From an uncultured Acidobacteriota bacterium (GTDB lineage Bacteria; Acidobacteriota; UBA6911; RPQK01; JAPXNP01): a DNA stretch of 64,000 nucleotides. A program made the translations under genes and the position numbers. This document shows, in pieces, positions 21,290-30,284 of this stretch (position 1 is its first letter; every line of letters starts with the position of its first letter). The stretch is taken from assembly GCA_963777605.1 (NCBI GenBank), contig CAVZRV010000008.1:1-64000 (forward strand), in the 5' to 3' direction. The notes under the pieces are model-generated. The model was not told the origin of the DNA. It made no database searches and saw only the letters and a list, made by a program, of their open reading frames with translations.

Positions 21290-24187
21290 TCAGTCCCTTG
21301 AGCCTGGGGTGATCTCCAGGGTGAGCCGCTCGCCGTTTCGTTCGACAACGACGTTCACCGGCTGCCCTATCTTTAGCGCTTCGATCGCATACGTATAGTC
21401 ATAGATGTTTTCGATCTTCCGCCCGGCCAGTTCCACGATGATATCGCCGCCCTGAAGCCCGGAGTTCTCAGCAGGACCACCCGAAATGACACCGCTCAAC
21501 TTCAGTCCGGTCACCTCTCCCTGGGCGTAGTCGGGAATGGTGCCCAGATAGGCTCGAAGCTGGGCACGTCCCTGGCCCTCGGCCGGGCGCTTCATCTCAA
21601 CGTAATCGGGTTCATCGGCACTGATCGCAATCGACCGGCCGATCAGCGCCATCAGGCGAGTGACCTTGACCATCGCGTCGTAGTCGAGCGTGTCAGCCTT
21701 GTCCCTGGGGCTGTGATACTCGCTGTGAGTGCCGGTGAAGGCGCTCAGGATCGGAATCCGTTTCAGGTAGAAGGAGGTGGCATCGGTCGGCAGGTAACTG
21801 TCGTTCTGAGTCGCCACCGCCAGGCCGATCGGGGCGTTGCGCTTTTCGATCTCGGAGGTCCAGATCGAGCTCGAACCGACCCCCTGAAGGATGAGCTTGT
21901 CCCGCAGCCGCCCGATCATGTCGAGGTTCAGATATGCCGCCACCTTTCCGCTCAGATCGTTCGGGTTCGACAAGCCATCCGAGGCGCGCTGCGCATAACT
22001 GTTAGAACCGAGCAATCCCAGTTCCTCGCCCGACCAGAACCCGAAAAGCATGTCGCGCCTGGCTTTCAGCCGACCGGCCCTGGACTGACTGGACAGGTAC
22101 TCGGCGATTTCAAGGAGTCCGGAAACACCGGAGGCATTGTCATCCGCTCCGTAATGGATTTGCCCCTTCTCGTCGTCCCTGGCCAGGGTGGACATCCCGA
22201 TTCCCCGTCCGAGGTGATCCACGTGAGCGCCGATCAGGAGGGCGGGTTCCTGCGACGACGGCGAGGCAGCGAGCCTCCCGATCACGTTCCGCCCTCGCTT
22301 CTTCTCATAGACAAGGTCGATCACCGACCCAGCCCTGGCCCCCGAGATCTCGAACCCCATGGCCGGTTCGCCGTTGTCCAGACCCTCCTGAAGGGAGGCC
22401 AGATTCTTGCCCAGTGCCGAGAGGAGATGGTCGGCGGTGGCATCGGTTACCGACAGCACGGCGAGGCTGGTCGCCCCTAAAGAGGAATCAAAGGAGAGGT
22501 CGATCAGCTGATTTTCCACTTTCGAAGTAGGTCCGCTGACGACCAAAAGGCCGATGGCACCGCGCTCCCGTGCCATCATCGCCTTGTAACGAATCCCGGA
22601 ATAGCGGGCGAGGTGCTGACGACGTTCCGGGGTGACCTGCTCGGGGAGATAACGGAGCACCATTACCCATTTCCCCGAAACGTCGAGGTGTACGTAGGAA
22701 TCATATTCGGTCTGGTCACCTTCTCCCGGAGCCACCAGTCCGTAGCCTGCGAAAACGACCGGTGCTTCTTCGATCTTGCCCGTCCTGGAGTAGGCGAGCG
22801 GTCGCCATTCGGCATCCACGGGCGGCCGGAAACGTTTGTCCCCTGCAGTGAGACTCAGGCTATTTTCTGGACCGAGTGAGACTCCTGAAGTGAACTCGAA
22901 CTCCTCGAAATAGGTGCCATTGTCCCCGGCGGGCTGAATGCCGATCGATCGGAGGACGCGCGCAACATAGTCCGTCGCCTTCTTCTCCCCAGCTGTTCCG
23001 GTCAGCCTCCCCTCCATTTCGTCGGACGCCAGGCGGGTCACATGTGTCCGAAGATCGGCTGAAGAGATTTCCGGTACCGTCGCCGGAGTGTCGGCAAGTC
23101 CGAGGAGCCTCCTCGCGGCTTCGTCATTCCAGTCGGCGAAGAAGATCTGGGAACTGCCGTCGCTGCTGCGATTACTGGTCCAGGTGAGGGTGGAGCCGTC
23201 AGGCGAGAACGATGGAAGCCCGTCGAATCCGTCGGTGTAGGTCGCCCGGACCGGCTCCCGGCTGCCTTCCGCATCCACCAGGTAGAGTTCGAAGTTGGCA
23301 AAGCCCTGAGTGTTGGTCGCAAAGATCAGGTAGTCGCCCGACGGGTGGAAGTAAGGAGCCCATGACATGGCTCCCATGTGGGTCAACTGGCGCTGGTCGC
23401 TGCCGTCCAGGTTCATCGTGAAAATTTCGGCGGTGGCACCGTCCTCGGAGAAACGGCGCCAGCAGATCCGGGAGCCGTCGGCACTGAAGAATGGTCCTCC
23501 GTCGTAACCCGCGACGTCCGTGAGCCGGCGGACGTTGCTCCCGTCGGCGTTCATGATGTAGATATCGAGAAAATAGGACCGGTCGGTCTCGAGAAGCTGC
23601 TGTTCCTTCGGCGAGAGGGTTCCCTGGTAGGCGTGGCGGTTGGAGGAGAAGGCGATGTAGCGCCCGTCGGGGGAATAGGAACCCTCGGCGTCGTAGCCGA
23701 CGGCATTGGTCAAGCGGGTGAGCTTTCCGGTTTCGACATCGGCCTCGTAGATTTCAAAGTGTTCGTCGTAATCCCAGGAGTAACGCTTTTGACGTCCCTC
23801 GGCCCTGGCCTGCAACTCCTCTTTCTGCCTGGCGATTGCCCTGGGGTCGTCGTGGGTCGAGGCGAACATCACGTGCCGGCCGTCGGGGTGCACCCAGGCG
23901 CAGGTCGTTTTCCCGGTGCCTGGGGATACCCGCCGAGTGTCACCGGTTTCGAGATCGAGCAGGAAGATCTGAAAGAAGGGGTTCTCGGGATCGCGTTCGC
24001 TCTGGAACACCAGCATCTTGCCGTCGCGCGAGAAATAGCCCTCACCGGCTCTCCGCCCTTCGAATGTGACCTGGCGAACGTTGGACAGGAGTGCAGACTC
24101 GGAGGCGTTGGCCTGGTCCTCAGCAGAAACAAGATGGGTTGCGAAAAGCAGTACTGCAGCAAGCACCGCGGCGGATGCTCTGTACAT
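21290..24187 (-). CDS. Secreted M28 peptidase with TolB/PD40 beta-propeller, PA and PDZ domains
   Basis: GEGYFSRDG and GYDAEGSYSPDG repeats; GAHVDHLG, GADDNASG, SGEELGLLGS, NLDMIGR; C-terminal LGTIPDY..GLQGGDIIV (PDZ). Confidence 0.92.
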   Translation of the reverse strand: MYRASAAVLAAVLLFATHLVSAEDQANASESALLSNVRQVTFEGRRAGEGYFSRDGKMLVFQSERDPENPFFQIFLLDLETGDTRRVSPGTGKTTCAWVHPDGRHVMFASTHDDPRAIARQKEELQARAEGRQKRYSWDYDEHFEIYEADVETGKLTRLTNAVGYDAEGSYSPDGRYIAFSSNRHAYQGTLSPKEQQLLETDRSYFLDIYIMNADGSNVRRLTDVAGYDGGPFFSADGSRICWRRFSEDGATAEIFTMNLDGSDQRQLTHMGAMSWAPYFHPSGDYLIFATNTQGFANFELYLVDAEGSREPVRATYTDGFDGLPSFSPDGSTLTWTSNRSSDGSSQIFFADWNDEAARRLLGLADTPATVPEISSADLRTHVTRLASDEMEGRLTGTAGEKKATDYVARVLRSIGIQPAGDNGTYFEEFEFTSGVSLGPENSLSLTAGDKRFRPPVDAEWRPLAYSRTGKIEEAPVVFAGYGLVAPGEGDQTEYDSYVHLDVSGKWVMVLRYLPEQVTPERRQHLARYSGIRYKAMMARERGAIGLLVVSGPTSKVENQLIDLSFDSSLGATSLAVLSVTDATADHLLSALGKNLASLQEGLDNGEPAMGFEISGARAGSVIDLVYEKKRGRNVIGRLAASPSSQEPALLIGAHVDHLGRGIGMSTLARDDEKGQIHYGADDNASGVSGLLEIAEYLSSQSRAGRLKARRDMLFGFWSGEELGLLGSNSYAQRASDGLSNPNDLSGKVAAYLNLDMIGRLRDKLILQGVGSSSIWTSEIEKRNAPIGLAVATQNDSYLPTDATSFYLKRIPILSAFTGTHSEYHSPRDKADTLDYDAMVKVTRLMALIGRSIAISADEPDYVEMKRPAEGQGRAQLRAYLGTIPDYAQGEVTGLKLSGVISGGPAENSGLQGGDIIVELAGRKIENIYDYTYAIEALKIGQPVNVVVERNGERLTLEITPGSRD

Positions 24188-24306
24188 GGCGTTACTCCCA
24201 CTGGATCTCAAACTAGGATGATCGCAGCAGATTACCTATTCCTTCGGCCATCGTGCAACCCCGGGTTGAATTGACTTCGCGTGACGGCGGCCCCTATGCT
24301 CTTTGA

Positions 24307-25173
24307 ATGCCCGAACAAGCGAACCCGTTCCAGGCTCAGCGAACTCCCTTTCGAGAAGGGGAATCCGTCATCATCATCGAACCCGAAGGCCAGAAGCATT
24401 TCCTGAAGCTGCGTGCAGGAGACAAGTTCCACCACACCCGGACGGGGCACCTGGCCCACGACGACATCATCGGCCAGCCGGCCGGAGCCGTGTTCCAGGG
24501 GACGCTGGGGGCACCGGTGATCTGCGTGCGACCGACCCTGGAAGACTTCATCCTGAAGGGCCTGAAACGGCGGACGTCGATCATTCACCCGAAAGATCTC
24601 GCAACCCTGGTCGTGCGGGGAGACATCTTCCCGGGAGCCCGGGTACTGGAAGCCGGCATCGGTTCGGGTGCTACGACCATCTTCCTGCTTCGTCACATCG
24701 GCCTGGGAGGGAAGCTGATCTCGTACGAGCGGAGAGCGGAGTTCATCGAGAATGCCGTGCAGAACGTCAAGACGTTTCACCAGTGGTACGGCGATCCCGG
24801 CGCAGAGCACGAGGTCGTGGAGGGGGATATCTACGAGTCGATGGATGCTGACGACCTGGACCTTGTGCTGCTCGATGTCCCGGAACCGGACCATGCGGTG
24901 GATTCAGCCTGGCAGGCACTTCGCCCCGGAGGGGTGCTCTTGAGCTGGCTGCCGACCGTTACCCAGGTCTATGACCTGGTCAGACAACTGCAGGAAGATC
25001 CCCACTGGGAAGTGGTCGAGGTCAGGGAAACCCTGGAGCGGAGCTGGGAGGTGGCGGAACGGGCCATGCGTCCCTACCACCGAATGGTGGGCCACACGGG
25101 GTTCCTGATCCGCGCCCGAAAGATGGTCGTGATCGAGCCTCAGGAGGCTGCGCAAACAGAGGACGCCGGCTGA
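24307..25173 (+). CDS. trmI: tRNA (adenine-58 N1)-methyltransferase TrmI/GCD14 family
   Basis: RPTLEDF..IIHPKD, VLEAGIGSGA, LDVPEP and RPYHRMVGHTGFLI. Confidence 0.92.
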   Translation: MPEQANPFQAQRTPFREGESVIIIEPEGQKHFLKLRAGDKFHHTRTGHLAHDDIIGQPAGAVFQGTLGAPVICVRPTLEDFILKGLKRRTSIIHPKDLATLVVRGDIFPGARVLEAGIGSGATTIFLLRHIGLGGKLISYERRAEFIENAVQNVKTFHQWYGDPGAEHEVVEGDIYESMDADDLDLVLLDVPEPDHAVDSAWQALRPGGVLLSWLPTVTQVYDLVRQLQEDPHWEVVEVRETLERSWEVAERAMRPYHRMVGHTGFLIRARKMVVIEPQEAAQTEDAG

Positions 25174-25197
25174 CGCGCTTTCGGAGGGATTCAAGGC

Positions 25198-25836
25198 TCA
25201 CGGGAAGAGGCGTTCGATTTTCCAGTCCTCGCCGTCGCGGGTGTAGAGAAACCGGTCGTGGAGCCGATCGAGTTGTCCTTGCCAGAATTCGATCTTCTGT
25301 GGCCAAACCCGGTACCCTCCCCACTGGGACGGTCGAGGGACCGGAAGGTCTTCAAACCGTCCCTCGGCTTCGGCCAGCATCCCTTCCAGTGCCTCTCGAT
25401 CCTTGACCGCGGCGCTCTGCCGCGAAATCAACGCGGACAGGCAACTCCGTCTCGGCCGGGAGCCGAAGTACCGGTCCGCCATGCCCACCCTCACCCGGCT
25501 GACAGTGCCTTCGATTCGAACCTGTCGGTTGAAATTAGGCCAGTAGAACACGAGCGCCGCGTGGGGGTTGCCTTCCAGTTCCTGGCCCTTGCGACTTTCA
25601 AAGTTGGTGAAGAAGACGAATCCATCGGCGTCGTATTGCTTGAGCAGTACGATCCTCGCCGAAGGCACCCCGTCGGGAGTCGCTGTAGCGACCGTCATGG
25701 CGTTGGCCTCCGTCGGCGCGAGTTCCAGGGCCTTTTCGAACCACTCCCGAAACTGGTCGATCGGATCGAAGCGAAGATCGCTCCGTCGAAGGGGTGTGCT
25801 TTCGTACTCGCGGCGGAGATCGGCGTTGTATCTCAT
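25198..25836 (-). CDS. pdxH: Pyridoxamine 5'-phosphate oxidase
   Basis: ADLRREY, ANAMTVAT, ARIVLLK, FFTNFESRKG, RQVRIEG and EFWQG..RLHDRF. Confidence 0.96.
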   Translation of the reverse strand: MRYNADLRREYESTPLRRSDLRFDPIDQFREWFEKALELAPTEANAMTVATATPDGVPSARIVLLKQYDADGFVFFTNFESRKGQELEGNPHAALVFYWPNFNRQVRIEGTVSRVRVGMADRYFGSRPRRSCLSALISRQSAAVKDREALEGMLAEAEGRFEDLPVPRPSQWGGYRVWPQKIEFWQGQLDRLHDRFLYTRDGEDWKIERLFP

Positions 25837-25883
25837 TTCTCCGATTTTCAACTCTTACGGGACAATTGTCGAATAGCTGCAAA

Positions 25884-26161
25884 GTAGTCCGGGCTGCCAG
25901 CCTGGTTTGTCCGGAGGGTTGCAGAGTAATCCAGGCTGCCAGCCTGACAGGTCCGCCGGGCTGCCAGCACCGCGGCGGGGAGGGCGAGGGGAGATGCCAG
26001 GCAGGGATGCCTGGCTGACATTCCTGGCAGGGCTGCCAGGAGTACTTTCGGGCCGGCAGGATGCTGGTGTCTCGCCGGGCAGGCTGCCCGGCGGACATTC
26101 CTGGCAAGGCTGCCAGGATTACACTGCGCCCGGTCCGGCTCGGTAAGGACGCCTGGATTAC
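25884..26161. repeat. REP/REPIN cluster, left of RAYT
   Basis: GTAGTCCGGGCTGCCAGCCTG, GTAATCCAGGCTGCCAGCCTG and inverted CCTGGCARGGCTGCCAGGAKTAC units. 25884-26045 repeats at 26860-27021. Confidence 0.9.
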
Positions 26162-26811
26162 TTTTCCACCTTGGGGAGCAGAATGCCGGTCCCGGTGCCG
26201 AGGATGTATTCACCTTTTCGGAGATGCGCTTTTTGCGGGTTCTGCTCGATGTAATCCCGGAAATGTCGGAAGCTCTTCGTGCTGCGGATCAGGTGGTCGT
26301 AAGACTCGTCCATCCAGAAGCGGCCACTCCTTTTTAATTCCCGGTTGAGCTTGTTGGAAGTGTAAGAATTCCAACTGTGAAGAATCTGGCCCAGAGTGAG
26401 TGTTTGCGGCAGGACGATGGCGTGGAAGTGGGTGGGCATGACCACATACTTGTCGAGGCTGTAGCGATCGCCGTCAAATCGGGTGAGTGCCTCTTCGACG
26501 ATCTCGGCCAATTCGGGTCTTTTCAGATGTCCCCTGCCATATCCGGCATCCAGCCAGCGCTCAATCTGATCGTGAAACTGCCGGTAGTAGTAACGCTTCT
26601 CGTGACCGCTCCAGGGTTTTGGATGGTGCGCCAGCCATGCTTCCTTCTCAATATTCAGGGCTTTGATCAGTGTGGATGGGAGCGAGTCCCAGGTTCGAAT
26701 CGTCACAAAGTAGGAGGCCCCGGGTTGCGTCCAGTGGGGGAGCTTCCGCCGGGTTTTCTCAATGGGATGATCTGGGTCGAACGGGCGGAAAATACCGATG
26801 TGCTGCTGCAT
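26158..26811 (-). CDS. REP-associated tyrosine transposase (RAYT, Y1 HUH family)
   Basis: LPHW, YFVTIR, YVVMPTHFH (HUH), FWMDESYDHLIR and YIEQNP (catalytic Y). Flanked by REPs. Confidence 0.92.
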   Translation of the reverse strand: MQQHIGIFRPFDPDHPIEKTRRKLPHWTQPGASYFVTIRTWDSLPSTLIKALNIEKEAWLAHHPKPWSGHEKRYYYRQFHDQIERWLDAGYGRGHLKRPELAEIVEEALTRFDGDRYSLDKYVVMPTHFHAIVLPQTLTLGQILHSWNSYTSNKLNRELKRSGRFWMDESYDHLIRSTKSFRHFRDYIEQNPQKAHLRKGEYILGTGTGILLPKVEK

Positions 26812-26859
26812 ACCTCCTAATTACGTCCGACCCAGCGGTATCTACGAGGGAGCACCGGC

Positions 26860-27095
26860 GTAGTCCGGGCTGCCAGCCTGCGATGTCCGGAGGGTTGCAG
26901 AGTAATCCAGGCTGCCAGCCTGACAGGTCCGCCGGGCTGCCAGCACCGCGGCGGGGAGGGCGAGGGGAGATGCCAGGCAGGGATGCCTGGCTGACATTCC
27001 TGGCAGGGCTGCCAGGATTACACTGCGCCCGGCGGACATTCCTGGCAAGGCTGCCAGGATTACTCTGCACGCCTGGACTACTAGCCTGGATTACC
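26860..27095. repeat. REP/REPIN cluster, right of RAYT
   Basis: Near-identical copy of the left 162 bp, plus extra tandem GACATTCCTGGCAAGGCTGCCAGGATTAC and GCCTGGAYTAC units. Confidence 0.9.
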
Positions 27096-30000
27096 TGCCT
27101 CGGCCCGGGCAGGCACTTGTGGCACCTCCTCGGCTTTTTGGGGGCGGCTTGACAGCCAGAGGCGCTTAAGACCTTCCGACAGATCATCGACCAGGGTGTA
27201 GTACGTCGGCAGAACCACCAGGGTCAGGACGGTCGAGGCAATCAATCCGCCCATCAGGGTTCGCGCCATCGGGAAGTAGCGCAGGTCGAAGAGGGAACTG
27301 TCCCCGACGGCCAGCGGGATCAGTCCAAACACTGTGGTTGCAGCCGTCATGATGATGGGCCGGAAGCGCTCGCGGCAGCCCCCGTGGATCGCTTCGGACC
27401 GCGATAGTCCTTCCCTGCGCAGGTTGTTGATGTGGTCGATGAGCACGATTCCGTTATTGACCACGATTCCAATCAGAATCAGGATCCCAATCTGGGCCAT
27501 GATGTTGAAGGGAGTACCGGTAATCAACAGGAACCACGCCACGCCGACAAAAGCGAACAGGAGCGAGATCATGATCGAAAACGGATGGGCCAGCGATTCG
27601 AACAGGGAAGCCATGACGAAGTAGACCATGAAGAGTGCCAGCAGGATGTTGAACAGGAACTCCTGGTCTTCCTTCCCCTCGCGCAGGGTCCAGAATCCGA
27701 AGGTCCAGTTGTAGCCGTCCGGGAAACTCATCGAGTCCATGACTTCCTCGACCACCTTCTTGCCGTCGTCTTTCTGCTCCCCGGAATAGTTGCACCAAAG
27801 ATTCGTGTAGGTCCGGCGGTCTTCCCTCTCGATACTGCCCGGGGTCCGGACAATCCTCAGATCGGCAACCTGGGAGAGCGGAACCTGTTCCCCGTTCGGC
27901 CCTCCGCCGACCACGATCGATTCCAGGTCTCCAAGATCCTCGCGGTCGCCGGGTTGCAGTTTGACCCAGATGTCCATTTCTCCATCGGCGGTCTGGTAAC
28001 CGCGAATTTCCCGGCCGCGCAAGACGATTCCCAGGATTCCCGCCACCGATTGCGGGGAGACGTTGTAACGGCGGGCCTTCTGCCGATCGAGCACGAGTTG
28101 GACCTCCTGCTCGCCGCTGTCGAGCGCAGTCTCGATCTCGGCGAATTTCCCGGTGGCCCGCATGCGCTTGCGCGCGTCCCGTGCCAGATCCATCAACCGG
28201 CCGGCGTCTTCACCATACAGGCTGACCCCAATCCAGTTTCGGCTTTCCTCTCCCTCCTGGCCCCCCAGGCGAATCTGGGCACCCGGGATTACCGGGAGTT
28301 CCTTCCCGATTTCCGCCCGGATTTCCTTGAGATTCTCCATCTGCAGTTTCTTTTCGTCGAAGTAGATCCGGGTCATGGCTTCATTGTTGCCGTAGAAGCT
28401 GTAGACGTCCTTGATCTTTAACTGGTCGCGGTTGGAAAGCAGGAAGTTCTCGACGGGGGTTACAAAATCGGACTCGATCTTGGCGTAGTGGTAGTTCTCC
28501 GTGAATTCGTACTGAACCTGCAGGTCATTGAGGTCTTCCGCATCCGCGGAAGTGTCGGGCAACTGCATCAGCACGTAGAAAGAGGCGGCAACCACAACGG
28601 GCACAACCAGGAGGCCGACTGCGTAGCGGTGTTTCAGCGTCCAGGACATGGTCGCCAGGTAGCGGTCCACGATGGTTCGACGGGGACCTTTTGCAAACCG
28701 CCTCGGCCGAAGACGGAGAGCGAATTCCATGGCGTTTCTCGCCATCCGGTCGGCCCTTTCCGAGGGTTTCGGACTGAGGAACTTCCCCGCCCCCATGGGA
28801 ATCAGGGTCAGCGAGATGAAGAGGGAGCAGAGGAGGGTGATGATGATCGCCACACCGGTCTGACCGAGGAAGATCGTCAGGTCGGTCTTCTGCCCGAAGA
28901 CCAAAGGCACGAAGATAATGATCGACGTAAGTGTCGCAGCGATCACCGCCGTGATGACTTCCTGGGTTCCCTTGCACGAGGCGGTGACCCGGTCCTCACC
29001 TTTCTCGAGTCGCTGGTAGATCGACTCGAGAACGACGACGGCGTTATCGACGAGCATCCCGGTGGCAAGCATCAGTCCCATCATCGAAAGCACATTGAGG
29101 GAGTAGCCCAGGAGATAGAGGAAACCGATGGCGGAGATCACCGAGAATGGGATGGCGGTTCCGATGAGCAGCGTGGCCCCGATTCGCCGCAGGAAGAAGA
29201 AGAGGATGAGAACGGCCAGCAGCGCACCCACCAAGCCGGCATTGAGGAGGCCCGACAGCGACTTGGTGATCTCCTCTCCGGCGTTGTGCCAGACCAGAAC
29301 GTTGGTTCCTTCCAGGACCGGGTCGTCGTTGAGCTCCTCGATCTTGGCCAGGACACGGTTGACCGTCTCTACCGTGTTGGCATCGGAAGACTTCTGGATC
29401 TCGAGCGCGATGGCGAATTCTCCGTTCAGGTGACGACCCGTGGTCGGAGGAGGTTCCCGCATGATGACCGTCGCGATTTCTCCGAGGGTAAGGCCGCGCT
29501 CGTTTACCGGGAAGCGGCGCAGGTCGTCGAGGTTGGCGACGGTTCCCCGGCTCATGACGCGGTATCGACTCCCCGAATCGTTCAACTTGCCCAGGGTCAT
29601 GTTGAGGTTGGTGCTGTCCAGGCGACGGAAAAGGGCATCGACATCGACCGCATAGCGCTTGATCGCATCCAGTCTCAGGAAGATGTCGATTTCTTTCGGA
29701 TCGACCCCCCCGATGCTGACGTCGGCCACGCCGGGAACGGCCTCCAATGGTTTCTTGATCCGTGCTTCGAGCAGATCGTAGGCTCCCCGGAGGTCCTTCT
29801 GGGAGGAGATCCGACCCTCGATGATCGGGATGTCATTCGTGTTGAAGTTTTGAACCAGAATTCGATCGACGTCGTCTGGCAGGTCCTTGCGGGCCTGTTC
29901 GACCAGTTCACGCGCCTCGGAGCGGAGCATGTCTGCGTCCTTGTCCCACGGGAGGCGGAGCTGAATCATGGCCTGGTCGGAGGAGGACCAGGATGTCACG

Positions 30001-30281
30001 CGCTCCACGTAAGGCAATGTGCCCAGGGCTTCTTCGAGGGGCTTGGTGATGGCTTCCTGGATCTGCTCGGGCGTGGAGTTGGGATAGGGCACCACCACGA
30101 CGACAACCGGCGCATTGATGCTGGGGAAGAGCACCAGGGGGATCTTGAAGATCGACACGATCCCCATCAGCAGAAACGAAATCAGGATCATGCAGATCGT
30201 GACCGGGAACCGGATGGAGAATTCGGAAAGCCGGAAGGCTCCGCCACTTGACTGGATCTTGTCCGAATGAGTTTCAACCAT
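27081..30281 (-). CDS. RND efflux permease (AcrB/HAE1 family)
   Basis: 1066 aa; GMLVDNAVVVLE, GIVVNNGIVLID and RFRPIIMTA. Confidence 0.95.
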   Translation of the reverse strand: MVETHSDKIQSSGGAFRLSEFSIRFPVTICMILISFLLMGIVSIFKIPLVLFPSINAPVVVVVVPYPNSTPEQIQEAITKPLEEALGTLPYVERVTSWSSSDQAMIQLRLPWDKDADMLRSEARELVEQARKDLPDDVDRILVQNFNTNDIPIIEGRISSQKDLRGAYDLLEARIKKPLEAVPGVADVSIGGVDPKEIDIFLRLDAIKRYAVDVDALFRRLDSTNLNMTLGKLNDSGSRYRVMSRGTVANLDDLRRFPVNERGLTLGEIATVIMREPPPTTGRHLNGEFAIALEIQKSSDANTVETVNRVLAKIEELNDDPVLEGTNVLVWHNAGEEITKSLSGLLNAGLVGALLAVLILFFFLRRIGATLLIGTAIPFSVISAIGFLYLLGYSLNVLSMMGLMLATGMLVDNAVVVLESIYQRLEKGEDRVTASCKGTQEVITAVIAATLTSIIIFVPLVFGQKTDLTIFLGQTGVAIIITLLCSLFISLTLIPMGAGKFLSPKPSERADRMARNAMEFALRLRPRRFAKGPRRTIVDRYLATMSWTLKHRYAVGLLVVPVVVAASFYVLMQLPDTSADAEDLNDLQVQYEFTENYHYAKIESDFVTPVENFLLSNRDQLKIKDVYSFYGNNEAMTRIYFDEKKLQMENLKEIRAEIGKELPVIPGAQIRLGGQEGEESRNWIGVSLYGEDAGRLMDLARDARKRMRATGKFAEIETALDSGEQEVQLVLDRQKARRYNVSPQSVAGILGIVLRGREIRGYQTADGEMDIWVKLQPGDREDLGDLESIVVGGGPNGEQVPLSQVADLRIVRTPGSIEREDRRTYTNLWCNYSGEQKDDGKKVVEEVMDSMSFPDGYNWTFGFWTLREGKEDQEFLFNILLALFMVYFVMASLFESLAHPFSIMISLLFAFVGVAWFLLITGTPFNIMAQIGILILIGIVVNNGIVLIDHINNLRREGLSRSEAIHGGCRERFRPIIMTAATTVFGLIPLAVGDSSLFDLRYFPMARTLMGGLIASTVLTLVVLPTYYTLVDDLSEGLKRLWLSSRPQKAEEVPQVPARAEAGNPG

Positions 30282-30284
30282 CCG

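Noticed and set aside
26158-26811. IS200/IS605 TnpA with TnpB
   Set aside because: There is no tnpB. The motifs and GTAG-hairpin flanks fit RAYT.
25884-27095. CRISPR array
   Set aside because: The repeats are palindromic, in mixed orientation, with duplicated rather than unique spacers, and no cas genes are present. REP/RAYT explains them.
28488-30251. Long antisense ORFs (also 45860-47380, 55970-57283, 61149-62537, 63041-63907 and others)
   Set aside because: These are shadow frames opposite well-supported genes in GC-rich DNA and carry no motifs.
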